This document shows, piece by piece, positions 31,107 through 42,375 of a stretch of 64,000 nucleotides of DNA. The notes beneath the pieces were generated by a model. That model had not been told where the DNA came from and did no database searches. It saw nothing but the letters and a program-made list of their open reading frames with translations. The first letter of the stretch is position 1; every line of letters starts with the position of its first letter. Source of the DNA: an uncultured Verrucomicrobiae bacterium (GTDB lineage Bacteria > Verrucomicrobiota > Verrucomicrobiia > Chthoniobacterales > JAFAMB01). Both the position numbers and the translations under genes were made by a program. The stretch spans positions 224,001 to 288,000 of the forward strand of contig CAWAIK010000003.1 in the NCBI GenBank assembly GCA_963782115.1, written 5' to 3'.

Positions 31107-31337
31107 ATGGAAGCGCGGATTTTGCGACTTGAGGACGAATTTTGGAGGATACGCACAGACACGGGTGAGCTCGCTGATGCAGAGCGTAACGCACTCAGAG
31201 CGTACCTGGATGAGAAGGGTTTCAAGACCGCAACGATTGACGATAATCTCGCCATCGCGGGTGAACTAACCTGGAAGGAGCTTTTTGAACCCATCGAGGG
31301 CTTCTACGAGGGCACGGCGAACGTGTATCCATTCTGA
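31107..31337 (+). CDS. Small hypothetical protein
   Basis: Protein-like acidic composition from ATG 31107; no family recognised. Confidence 0.45.
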   Translation: MEARILRLEDEFWRIRTDTGELADAERNALRAYLDEKGFKTATIDDNLAIAGELTWKELFEPIEGFYEGTANVYPF

Positions 31338-32141
31338 GCGGGGAAACATCCGTCCGCGGCATCGAGAGGATCCGGCCGAAGAGGCCGGGAAATTGTTGTC
31401 GTTGAATCAACGCAGGCCTTTATTACAATTCATAAGCACTTGGGTGTGAGACTAAGCAACTCCTGTTCGACGTCGGCGAGCTCCGCCGCAACTGCGCGGT
31501 GCTTGATTGGGGTTAACGGGAGGGACGCTTCGATCAGACGCAACAGACAGCTCTGACCGTGGCCAGAAATTTCCGGTTTTCGACTTGGCCGTGGGTAGCT
31601 TGCGACAAGATTCGCTCCACACTGGTCGTTCGCGGGCTCATTTCGACATAAAATTGCCGATTCTGTCCGAAAAAGACCTCATTAGCCCCAAGCTGTGGAG
31701 GCCGATCTGCTATGCTTCAAGCCAGAACCGGGCAAAATCTGTCGGCAGATGGCTTGGGTGAAATTGCGGTGTGGCCGTTTCCGGCTCGATAAGACGAAGC
31801 TATTGCGTCTGATCGCAGTGTCCCTCCTGTTACCCCCAATACCAGCCAGCCGACACTCAAGAGGAGCAGACGAACCAAAAAAAGGCACAGCCGCATGACG
31901 CGCGGCTTTACGGGGGGGCTTCGAGGATTGCATCATTTTACCCCGTGACATGCGACGGCGAATCTAGTCGCGCGGGCTGTCTGCGGCGCGGGCGCGATGG
32001 GTTTTGATCGTGCGAAGCGTGACGCCCCAGTTCCACGCCGATCTCCTTGTTGAGACACAGCAGAGGAGAGCGAGCGCGCAATTGAGGTCACTTTTCATTT
32101 TGTAGATTTAATCTCAAGATCCGGTCTATTTCCTCCATCCC

Positions 32142-32819
32142 TTGCTTGTTCTGATGGGATCCGTGTTCAGATGGCACAATTTTTTCCGATTGTGCGCCGT
32201 CCAGGTGAATTTCTTTCCCGCACCGCACGAGGTAGACTGCTACCTTTTCCATCATATTTCCGAGCGGCGATTCGACGAAATAAAGGACCCGGATATCGAG
32301 AAGCAAATCGAAGCGGTTTACGATAAGGCTGCCAGTCGCGGTTTTGGCTGGGAAGCGATTGTATGCGAGTACTGGAAGCATGATTCCTCCGGGTTAATGT
32401 TCTCTGCCAGGGGTCGAGGTAGGAAAGACGCCAAAGGCGAGATGCTGATAAATTCCATGTACGTCTTCTACGATCTGCGTAACAAGCGGCCGGAGATCGC
32501 TAGCGAAGAGACTTTCAGCCCGGCCTCTGGTTCCCCAGACTCGAACGAAAATGAAAAGGATAATCATCGGCATCCCAGGTCGGACCGGATCGAGGAAGAG
32601 GGGGCTCAGATCGGGCAAGCTTCGTTGGAGAGCGAATTGAACGTGATCTACAATCTCTTCAAGAACAAACTCGATACGCAGAGCAAAGCGGCCCTAGTCA
32701 CGGAGGAAAAACAGTGGCTAACCCAACGCGACAAGCTGGATCCCCAACATAGCGACAAAGGCGAATTCACTCAGGAGCGAATCGATACCTTATGTGCGCG
32801 ATTTATCCAACAGCAGTGA
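32142..32819 (+). CDS. Hypothetical protein with C-terminal LprI (DUF1311)-like domain; 5' end uncertain or truncated
   Basis: ELNVIYNL...L..EEKQWLTQRD...TQERIDTL pattern. Confidence 0.6.
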   Translation: MLVLMGSVFRWHNFFRLCAVQVNFFPAPHEVDCYLFHHISERRFDEIKDPDIEKQIEAVYDKAASRGFGWEAIVCEYWKHDSSGLMFSARGRGRKDAKGEMLINSMYVFYDLRNKRPEIASEETFSPASGSPDSNENEKDNHRHPRSDRIEEEGAQIGQASLESELNVIYNLFKNKLDTQSKAALVTEEKQWLTQRDKLDPQHSDKGEFTQERIDTLCARFIQQQ

Positions 32820-33410
32820 AACGCCGTGCCATTTTTGAATTCCCGCGGAAAATGACGCAGTCCCCTGCTGGGTATGATTTGTCGATTGAGATCAAGTGGG
32901 TCCGCTGCATTCCAATTCGGTCATCTGAGCAGACAACGCCTTCATTGTTTCTGCGCTCTCGTTTTATACCAGGCGGTTTCCAGGTAGTCACGCTCTACGA
33001 TTTAAGTGTAGCCCGACAGAAGATCTCCACCCCAAACGGCGAAAAGCCTAGCCCAGGGTAAAACCGTGGACTGCGATTTGGTCCCTTTTTCAGGGAGAGA
33101 TTTGTACCCTTCCCTTGAAGTTCGCGCGCATGGGCAGCCGCCCGATCCGCATAGGCACGGTTTTTAAGAAGCAAACCGGGACGCTTCGCATACGCGACTT
33201 TGCAAGCAACGCCTCTCCAGTCTAACGTTCGCTCATACGCCCACACGCCGATAGCCTCACCGCGCAAATCCCCTCTCTTATTACCCGTTCGGATTATTTT
33301 TCATTTTTTGGAGTTGCAAACGCCGGTTCTTTGGTGTTGGTTCGTCACCGTTAGTATTCGTACAGATTTTTTCGTACAAACTTCTTTCGAAGAAAGGAGG
33401 TAACTGTTTG

Positions 33411-33485
33411 ATGATTGCTAAATACATCTCTCTGCTTAATCCAGTCGTAATGACGGTTGGCCTCCACGTTCCGGGGAATCCTTGA
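33411..33485 (+). CDS. Putative 24-aa small peptide (MIAKYISLLNPVVMTVGLHVPGNP)
   Basis: Strong SD AGAAAGGAGGT at 33391-33401 before TTG/ATG; below the ORF-track size cutoff. Confidence 0.35.
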   Translation: MIAKYISLLNPVVMTVGLHVPGNP

Positions 33486-33939
33486 GAGGGTCACGTTAGA
33501 GACCCGCCCGACGAAAGTACGCCGGGGATAGCGAATTCCCTCACGCCGAGTTGATCTATACATCGGAAGGGCTTCCGGTCGCATAAGAACTCTTTCTTTA
33601 AGCGTTGTATATTCAAACATATGAAACGTTTGAAACGAACGCGCATGGGGCGCGTAACAATCATAAGTTATATGAAAATATTTTTAAATCCGAGTCGTTT
33701 CATAGCTCGGGACCATTCCGGGCCTGATCCTATGGTCCCAGGCAACGCCGAGCTCTTGAGAGATTCGTCGAGATCAGAACACATTTTGTTGATTGGACTT
33801 CGGTCGCCGGGCGATCAACTCCAGGTTGTTGCAATAAAATTTTGTCAATCGAATGAGCTAGGCCGTTCGGTGTAACTATAATTGTCACACTAACAGCGCT
33901 CAACGAGCGCACAACTTCTCAAGGTGCAGACAGGAACCT

Positions 33940-34158
33940 ATGTCAAGAGACCTCAAGCGTACTTCAGCCGGCATTAGTCTGCTAATGCTAGCGCTAGGAT
34001 TCTCCTTGCTAGGGATACTGTCATTCATCAGCAGGCAGCAGGGAGAATTGGCAATTACGTCTGGTGTTGAGCAGAATTGTTGTGTCGCGGGAAGCGCCGC
34101 CAGTGTGTTAGCAGGGGCGATATTTCTTGTTGCCGCGTGTATCTACTGGAGAAGGTAA
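33940..34158 (+). CDS. Small two-TM membrane protein
   Basis: AGGA RBS and two hydrophobic helices. Confidence 0.5.
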   Translation: MSRDLKRTSAGISLLMLALGFSLLGILSFISRQQGELAITSGVEQNCCVAGSAASVLAGAIFLVAACIYWRR

Positions 34159-34399
34159 CCATCAGAAGGATAAAAGCTCGCACGGAGGCCCCTCCGTGCG
34201 AGCATGCCGTTGTCCTGCACGATAATCTTCGACATGACACCAAGGCCATTCTCCTCGACGGTTACATTGATCGTGGAGGCATCGGCGTCGAGGCTGTTCC
34301 AAATAAATTCGGCGAATGCCTGAACCGTTTTGCCCGAGTGATCTTCTCAAGAAAATCACTCTGTGCTTCGACCAGATACGAGTGATTTGCCATGCTACC

Positions 34400-34723
34400 C
34401 TACGCCGTCGCCTCGCGCGCGACTGTTTCCACGCGCCGAACCCGGACCTTCACCTCGACGCGCGACCCGAGCCGGTTGATGATCGACATGAGGCGATCCA
34501 CGGTGAACCGTCCGAGGTCCGCATTTCGGATACGCGAGAAGTCCGCCGCCGCAATGCCGGTGCGGCCGTGCGCGGCGCGCACGGTCAGGTGTTCCCGGTC
34601 GAGCGCCTTGATGATTTCGGAGGCCAGGATGGCCTTGAATTGTTCGGCATCGGCGTTTTCATGCCCGAGGTAGCGGAACACATTGCCGCTTCCCCGCACC
34701 ACTTCCAGCTTTTCGCTTTTCAT
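34400..34723 (-). CDS. HigA-like XRE/HTH antitoxin
   Basis: GSGNVFRYLG...KAILA..I...ADFSRIRNADLGRFTVDRLM..LG..VEV. Confidence 0.88.
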   Translation of the reverse strand: MKSEKLEVVRGSGNVFRYLGHENADAEQFKAILASEIIKALDREHLTVRAAHGRTGIAAADFSRIRNADLGRFTVDRLMSIINRLGSRVEVKVRVRRVETVAREATA

Positions 34724-35079
34724 CGCAACATCTCCTTCAGTCTCTCTTCAACGGTCCTTTATCAGGTCGATTTCGCGTTTGGGCGTCTTGATCCCCTGCG
34801 TCGATTTCTTCTGGAACGCGTGCACGACCCAGATTTCATCGGCGAGCTGTACCGCATAAACCACGCGGAATGCATCGCCCTTAAACGGCAGCGCAATCTC
34901 GAACACGCCCGACCCCATACCGTGCATGGGCTTTGCAACATCGGCCTTGCCGCCCTCGGCGGCGATCGTGAGGGCGGTAAGACAGATCGACCTGGCCCCT
35001 TCCGGGAACGTCTCAAATTCGTTCAGTGCCGCCCTGATCCCATGAAATGGGCCGTGTTTTCCGGGTCCGCTTAGCGCAT
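34720..35079 (-). pseudogene. RelE/HigB (Gp49-like) type II toxin with frameshifts near both ends
   Basis: RPISW/IRAALNEFETFP...KPMHGMGSGVFEI...FRVVYAV...VVHAFQKKSTQGIKTPKREIDLIKDR; extra G near 35040 and early TGA near 34750. Confidence 0.85.
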
Positions 35080-35096
35080 ATCACTCATATAGGTAT

Positions 35097-35114
35097 GTTG
35101 TCATATTTGACAAC
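35097..35114. promoter_or_regulatory. Palindromic operator of the TA operon
   Basis: GTTGTCA-TATT-TGACAAC, just downstream of a minus-strand TTGACA at 35119-35124. Confidence 0.6.
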
Positions 35115-35204
35115 GACCTGTCAAGCTATTGGAACCTAACTTGTTAGGCGCATATTGACTTCGTTTTGTTAAGTTGCTAGCCGGGCACAGGCGATCATAA
35201 TCCC

Positions 35205-36326
35205 CTATTCCGCCGCGAGGCGACGGAGTTCGGCCAAGAACTCGGACGCTACTCGCAGTGCCTCGGCGGCTACCGCGGGTTCCACCTCGATCCCGTGCAC
35301 GGCTTCGTTCATCGTGGCCAACGTTTGAAGGAACGCGTCAGTGCCGGAAGGCACCCCGCTCGATTCTTTTAGTTCGCGAAGCGCTCCGCCAATGCCGAAG
35401 CCTCGCCGCGGTTCCAGGCCGCGAGATATCATCAACAGCCGAAGAACTCGCTCGATCTCAATTCTCACGGCCACGAGCGATAAGTAGGGTAGCTCACGTG
35501 CAAACTCCTCCAAAGTTGGAAGTTCGCCCTGGAGTTGGTCGGGCAGCGCGGTCGCGAGCCGATGTTGGGACACCCCCATCGGCTTCGCCGTGTCGCGTAG
35601 GGCGTACTCGACAATCAGCTCATTCCGACTCTTACACAGGATGATCCCAATACTCGGCCCGTCATCTGAATGACGGAGCTGTTCGTCGACCGCCCACAAA
35701 TAAAAATTCATTTTGCCCGCAAACTCACGCTCAAGATCTCGCTCCAGCAGGTCCGGCCCGAGGGTTAGAAAGTCGAAGCTGTAAGGGTCCTTGATGAGTT
35801 GTTGGGCGAGTTCGGACTGCACAGCTGGAAGGGTCCGTGAGAAGTTCGTAAGCGCCTTACCCTGACGCTCATAAAGATTACTCTCGATCTGGTGAACCAG
35901 GACGTTGCGGCTCCAACCGTGTTCGATCGCCTGCCGTGCGTACCATTCGCGGCGCGTAACGTCCTTGACGTGCTCCAAAAGCCGGATGACGTGGCCCCAC
36001 GGCAATCGTGCAACAACCTGTTGCACAAATGTGTGGTCGGGGTGGGCTTCCGCGAGCGCACGCACGTACTTAAGGTTCCTAGCAGACAATCCAGTCATAT
36101 CCGGAAAATCGCGTCGCAAGTCGGCCGAAAGTCGGTCGATCACGCGGGATCCCCAACCCTCCCGCGCCTGCCGTTCTAGAATCTCGCGACCGATACCCCA
36201 GTAGAGCAGAATCAGTTCCTGATTGACGGCCAACGCAGCTTGAAGTCGCGCCGTTCGGATGCGCAACTTTAATTCACGGAGCAGGATCTGATAACCGTCC
36301 ATTCCAGGACCAACAGGCTCATCCAC
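35205..36326 (-). pseudogene. YhcG/DUF1016 PD-(D/E)xK nuclease with an in-frame deletion of the catalytic core, plus an extra C-terminal domain
   Basis: VNQELILLYWGIG, WGSRVIDRLS, KDPYSFDFL, GKMNFYL and SIGIILCK motifs; ELG.GF.F...DLLFY...ELK block is absent. Confidence 0.8.
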
Positions 36327-36476
36327 CCGCTACGTTCCTTCGCTACGGCCAACCTGGCAAGCAATCCCCAATCGCGACGCATCCGGAGTCAATAAACGCT
36401 CGAAACGCGGGTTATGTGGCAATCCTTAAGGCCAGGCTAATTTTATTTTGAGATTTTGGGAATTTCCCTTTTGGCG

Positions 36477-39400
36477 TTAACAAAGAGGTAGGCGGAATCC
36501 ACGTCCTCCCAAGCCGCTCGCTTTTTGCCGCCGGTATTCTGCGTAAGTTACATCTGCGCGTTTCTCTAGCGGAATCGACGTCTGCTCCCTTGCGGTTCTG
36601 ATGGCTTCGCAGAACGAAGCCCCAATGTGGGTCTCGTCAGCACCTATTGCGGTGAGAAGCACACCGCGAAGCCGGTGCAGGTCGGCACGCCACAAGCGCT
36701 CTTCGAATCTTTCGATCAATCCTTCCGCCTCCCTTATAGCCTCAAGAGCTTCAAAGGTGCGATCTGCAAGGTGCAAAGCTTCAGCCTTTAGGCCCAGAAA
36801 AAATGGCACAGCCCGGAGCGCGCCGGTTGCCCGAAAGTCCTCTATTCCATCCACGATCCACGAGATGCCCTCAGTGGTATCGCCGGAGGTGCTGCGCGCC
36901 CAACCGCGGAGCACTTCTCCTTGAGGCAGCCAAAATGCAAAATTCTGACGCGTTGACAGTTCAATCGACTTGGATGCGAAGCGTTCCACCTCTGCAGGAT
37001 TACCCTCGTAGTAGGCGAAAACCGCTGCGTGCCATAATGCCACGGCTAGTCCGTGCATATCATTCATCTCTTTGGCCAGTGAGATCGCTTCTGCCACGGT
37101 CGTTTGGGAGGAGGCGATCTCTCCAAGATGCCACTTGGCCTGAGCTTCTAAGCATAGAACACTAACGGCGGATGCCCCAACCTCCTGGAGTTGAGACTGT
37201 ACGCTTTCCGAGCGCCAGATCTGAACGCCACGCATCGCGTATGGTAGCGCGGCCTCGAAATCGCCCATAAAATAGAGCGTGCTGGCCAAAGCGTTGTAGG
37301 CTGCTATCATTAGAGCAGAGTCATTCTGCTCCTGGGCCAGCGAGTAGAAATGATCTGCTATTTGCATCGTTGCCGTCAGCTTGTCCGTCTGAAGGGAATA
37401 GCGCCACCGACCCATCAGCGCGGAAAACAGGAGATGGGGGCGACTAAGGGAAACACACAGGGACTCAGCGCGTTCGTAACAAATTAGCGCCTCCGGTGCT
37501 GCGTATCCTCGTGTGGCCGTTAAATATAACCCGGCCTGCATGAGGATGAAGAGCTGATCTTCCGCGGTGAGACTTTGCCCCTCGACGCCCATTTGCACGG
37601 TTGCATCCCAGCGTCCGTGTTCGAAGAAATGAACTAAAACCGAGAGCAATGCCCCTCTGGCGCCGAGGACCTTAGCAGCAAAGAACGCCTCTCCCCGCTG
37701 AATTCGCGGGATGTAAACTTCATGCAGCGCTTCGTGAAATAGACCGGCATTGCACCCGCAGATGACGGCTAAGAAAAGTGGCTCCATCTCCCTGAAACTC
37801 TCTGGCAGCTGGGGCGCAAGCGTTCGATAATAGTAAAAGAGCCGCCTGTTGCATTCCTTCCAGTCCTCGGTTCGTTGGCTCCGCAGCTGTTCGCCGTAGT
37901 ACTCACGAACAAGGGGATGCGTATCCAAATGCCCACGATTCTGCGGATCTTCCCCAGCCAAGAGTCTTGCTCTTCTTAATCGGGCAAGAATCGTTCGCCA
38001 CTCGGTCGGGCTCAAATCCGTTAGTAACTCTGTAAGGCCATGAATCGCAGGCGGTTTCAATAGGGTTCCTAGCGCCTTTTCGTCAACGGGTCGATCAAAG
38101 AGACCTAACATGCGAAGAACCGATAGCTCGGGACCCTCGCCAATCCAGCTCTGGTAGGATTCCATGACCTTTCGCGCATGGACTCCCTCTCGTACGTCCT
38201 GAGCAAGACGTTCTGACACTTCTTTTTGACAACGAATATCTCCATTGTAAGCATCGGTCAGATAGCTGCCCAGCAGCGTAAGAGCGAGACAATGGCCACC
38301 GAACTCGTCGCTGGCACTTCGCAATTTCTCTTCCTCCCCCTTAACGCCCAGCGCTCGCAGCAGCTTCGCACCGGCCTCGCTGGATAGTTGTTCCAGGTCA
38401 CGACGCAGGGCTGAGGTACGTTCATGATCTGCAATATCAGCAACGGGGAGACGCGTGGTAATCAGGCAAAGCCCCGTGTTAAAGGCAGCGAGCTCGCGCA
38501 AGAGCGCCTGAATAGACGGCTCGCGTACCCGTCCCTCTTGTGGACCAGGCGGATTCTGGAGCGGCTCCAGGCCATCAAGGATCAGTAAGGTTCGCCGATG
38601 GGCCACTAGCCTCGCTAACCTCTCGCCCTTTTCCCACGCTGTTCCGATGCGTGGATCGCGATCCCCAAACCAAGTCAGAGGAGCGTCAAGGAATTCGTCT
38701 GCGGACGAAGTCCCCCCACTCGTGTCCTGTCGGTAGAAGGACCAGCCAAAAACGAGCTGCGCAGAACGATAACGTTCAGCAGCCATCCGTCGGAGCCAAT
38801 GGTTGAGGAGCGTCGACTTCCCAACACCGGCCCAAGCAGCAATTGTGACGACATTTACCTGTGGATTTGCCCAGGCGCATCCAGGAAAGTGATATCCTCC
38901 TCTCGACCAAAAACATCTCTTCCGGTAATGGGCAATCTGGCTACTGAAATTTTCTTTGGTCCCAGTCGTGCTGTCGATCTCCAAGTTCCGGCGTGCGAAG
39001 CCGCAGGCGGCGTCTTGTGTAAGCTTTCACGACTGATTCTACGCCGTGCGTCGATACGGTCGGTTATCGTTGGCATCGCCTGCAAGAGTTCGGCCGGATT
39101 CTGAAAACGGCGACCCGGATCCTTCTCAAGGAGCACCTCAAGTAGAACAGCGATTGGTTGCGGGACATCGTCGAGTTGTTCGAGCGGTAATGGCCCGTGT
39201 TGATGCTTATACATCACCTCAGCGGGCGTGCCCGGGAATGGCGCCTTGCCCGTCACCATCTCCCAGAGCGTCACGCCCAGCGAATAGAGATCCGAACGGA
39301 TGTCAACCGGGAGGCCCGCGAACTGCTCGGGACTGGCGAACTCCGGTGTTCCAGCAAAAACCCCGGGCATTGAAATCGCGATTTCAGCAGGGAAGTCGGT

Positions 39401-40063
39401 TGTAAGCTTTGCCAGACCGAGGTCGATAATCTTAACCATCGGCCCACCTTCCTCCTCGAAGCTCACCATGATGTTGCTGGGTTTGATGTCCCGGTGAACT
39501 ATCTTCTGCTTGTGCACCGCAGCCAAACCGGCAGCGACCTGCGTCGCGATTTCGAGTGCTAACTTTACCTCTAGCCGGCCTGAGCGTTTGATGAGATTCT
39601 CGAGCGTTTCCCCCTCTACAAACTCCATCGCGTAAAAGTAGTTCTGACCGGTTCTGCCTAGGTGGAAGACCGAGGCAACATTCGGGTGACGAACGCACGC
39701 CGCCGCGCGGGCTTCGCGTAAAAAACGAAGCCGCGCCGATTCATCACCGAGATATCGCTCGCTGATGACTTTCAGTGCCACAGGGCAGTGCAGATCAACG
39801 TCGAACGCCTTGTAAGTGACCCCCATCGCACCGCGACCCAATTCGACCGGTTTCCCGTCTTCGCCCGTCACCAGCTCATAATTCTCAAATCGTTGCACCG
39901 CCTGTTCCGGCGTCGGCTTGACCGTATCCTCGGAAGCAGAAGACGCGCCGGACTCGACCCCGCCAGCAAGAGCCTTGCGAAGCATGCAGACCGGACAGAA
40001 TTCCATCGCTCCAGAAAACTCATTGCCACAGATCGAGCAGGTGCGTTGGGGCTCCGTGCTCAT
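36477..40063 (-). pseudogene. Zn-ribbon - Ser/Thr kinase - STAND P-loop NTPase - TPR protein, split by a 1-nt deletion near 38878
   Basis: LGRGAMG, HRDIKPSN, DLG, GTPEFASPEQ; FGREEDI..LD/AWANP; AWAGVGKST, LLILDGLE, LITTR, GHCLAL, HPLVREY; helical repeats. Confidence 0.85.
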
Positions 40064-40545
40064 GGGCGTAACCGCCCTTCAGCCGTAATCTGAGCCGAAA
40101 ACAACACCACGCTCCACCGAGTGGTGCGAAAGCGGCCAGCAGGGCCCCTTGGCAAACTGTTGTCCCGTTCCACAAGTTGTGTTTTCCATTATATGTGCTG
40201 CCAGTAGTAATAGGAACGAAAAACACCAGACTCACCGGGACATCCGACGGCACGACATACTCAACCGAACCAAGATCCAGAAAATTTTGGGCCGCCTAAA
40301 GGCACTCCTGATAAAAAGTGCCGCTTTAATTCTGCGGATTTTCTGAAACTCGGGCTTTCTCCTGCCTGTGGCACGCGCAACCGCCATTGACCAGTCTCTT
40401 CCGTGACCAGCAATCGACGACGTTCAGGTGGCAGCTGAGTCTCGCGGACGCGAAATGTGGAAAGATATTCCCAGCATGAGCTGAAGAGCCGCGATCATTT
40501 GCAAAAATGAAGAAAGGGAGGCTGTTTAGTCTTGATAACGGCGGA

Positions 40546-42132
40546 TTATCTTCGCGAAGCCGGGTATGTGGAGAGATCGATCCGCCTTCCCGCTACTAAA
40601 ATAGAACCAGAAGCTACGGTCCCGACCCAAAGCGGCAGAACGTAACGAGGCTGAGAGAGATTACAAATGCAGGTTGCCACATAAACGGCCAAGCCAATCC
40701 CGAAAATACATGTTGCCACGATGGCCAAGTCCGCCGATAGCTTTCCTCCGACCATCCGCCATGCGCCCATCGTCGCAAACAGTAGACACCAAACCGCGAT
40801 TGGTATAAAACGCCAATGCCGAATGAAATTATCGTGGAATGCGTGTTCTAGCGTGATTTGAGCAACCGCAGGCTCAAAAAACAATAGCGACCGAATTCCT
40901 GTCCACGCCCCTGGATCTTTCTCGATATCTTCAACTGAATAAAACGTCGCCTTTGGACCGGTTAAAGCAATTCCCTGGTCGTTTGTCGGATAAAATCCTT
41001 TCACGATATCCTTTAGGATGATTCTGATCAGGCGCGGGTCGAAAGTCCGATAAAAGCGTAACGCCACCTTGAGAGTGGTGCGATCCACTTCGGCCTGAAG
41101 TTTTTCACCTTGTAAACCGCTCTTGGTCAAGGCCTGCGCAATTACTTCATTCGTGCCTTGATAGTAGGTGCCGACTCGAATCAAAGAATTTATTGCGAGC
41201 TTCAGGTCCGGCTCATCGTCGTACTGAGATGCCCGGCGTTCCACCTCCTCTTTGTCCGCAGGCGATAGCGAATCCAAGAAGTTTCCAATCCGTTCACAAA
41301 GTGTTCGACCCACCATCTGTCTTTGAATCACACCGAATTTCTCGCACATTGCCGAAACGATTGCTTTTTCAATCCCAAGAACCAGTATGCTCAAAAGCAA
41401 AGCAAGCCCGGCGATATTAGCTAAACGTAGCGAAGAAGCTGATCCCTTTCTACTAAATAAATGAAAAACGAGGAGGAGGAATGCAGTCACCGGCATCCAA
41501 CCTAGAAGAAGGCCGCTGACGTGGCGCGACCCAATACACAGCAGCAAGACCAAGACATACACCAGCCAGGTTTGCCAAGTTGCCCAATCATTTAAGACAC
41601 GAAGTCCGACTCCAAATAAGGCGAACCACGTGATCGCTGTTGTTGCCTCAGCTCCGGCGGTGTGAGCAAACGAATAGAAGCTTGCGATCGAAGCCAGGAG
41701 GATGGTGATCGCGCCGCGACCAGCTTCCGAAGCGGGAATAGCCACCACAAAATATCGCAAAGCGAGCCACAAACCGGCATGTTGACAGACAATCAAAGCG
41801 TAAACCGCCGCTAGCGATGGATGCTGAGAAGAAAAAATGCTTGGCGACGAGCCAAGTAAGAGCGTGTCGGTCAACCAGAAGGGGATCCGGCCGAGTATGC
41901 AATAAATCGGAGGAACAAGCAGAATATTTCCTGAAGTAAATGGATCACCTAACTGGCACAAAACATCGGAGCTTTTCCAGAAGGGCAAGTAATAGATGAA
42001 AAACCATATCGATGGTAACATGAGGACCGGAAGTGGATGCCGTCCGATTAGATAGAGAGCCATGGACAGCGCACGACCAATTTGCTTTGTTACTCCCTTC
42101 AAACCAAGGCGAGCTGCAGAATTACTCAGCAC
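40546..42132 (-). CDS. Multi-pass membrane protein (possible GT-C-like surface glycan modification enzyme); start uncertain
   Basis: Many TM segments, one large loop, C-terminal QPRYVLP. Confidence 0.6.
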   Translation of the reverse strand: MLSNSAARLGLKGVTKQIGRALSMALYLIGRHPLPVLMLPSIWFFIYYLPFWKSSDVLCQLGDPFTSGNILLVPPIYCILGRIPFWLTDTLLLGSSPSIFSSQHPSLAAVYALIVCQHAGLWLALRYFVVAIPASEAGRGAITILLASIASFYSFAHTAGAEATTAITWFALFGVGLRVLNDWATWQTWLVYVLVLLLCIGSRHVSGLLLGWMPVTAFLLLVFHLFSRKGSASSLRLANIAGLALLLSILVLGIEKAIVSAMCEKFGVIQRQMVGRTLCERIGNFLDSLSPADKEEVERRASQYDDEPDLKLAINSLIRVGTYYQGTNEVIAQALTKSGLQGEKLQAEVDRTTLKVALRFYRTFDPRLIRIILKDIVKGFYPTNDQGIALTGPKATFYSVEDIEKDPGAWTGIRSLLFFEPAVAQITLEHAFHDNFIRHWRFIPIAVWCLLFATMGAWRMVGGKLSADLAIVATCIFGIGLAVYVATCICNLSQPRYVLPLWVGTVASGSILVAGRRIDLSTYPASRR

Positions 42133-42375
42133 GGTGCAGACTCAACCACATCAATCTCCGGAAGCCAAGCCCTAACCCAATCCATAGTCGACGCTAGTCG
42201 ACGCCTCATCTCACGAAACGGAAAAAATCGTACGTTAATTAGGAAGGGAGAACGGGTCGAAGGGCCTGAATTTTCCGCACGCCGGTGCTGCCGCCAGCAG
42301 CAATCACCGGTGAGGTTGATTTGTTCCCAGCGCTTGCGTTTGACGAAACCGATGTCATGTTGTGTTGCTCTTTCC

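Noticed and set aside
31640..31700. FDIKLPILSEKD resembling an RmlC C-terminus
   Set aside because: Match too short to support a call
34316..35074. 252-aa plus-strand ORF
   Set aside because: Antisense shadow of the TA genes
38855..38900. Programmed frameshift between kinase and NTPase
   Set aside because: No slippery heptamer or stimulatory structure seen; a simple 1-nt deletion explains it
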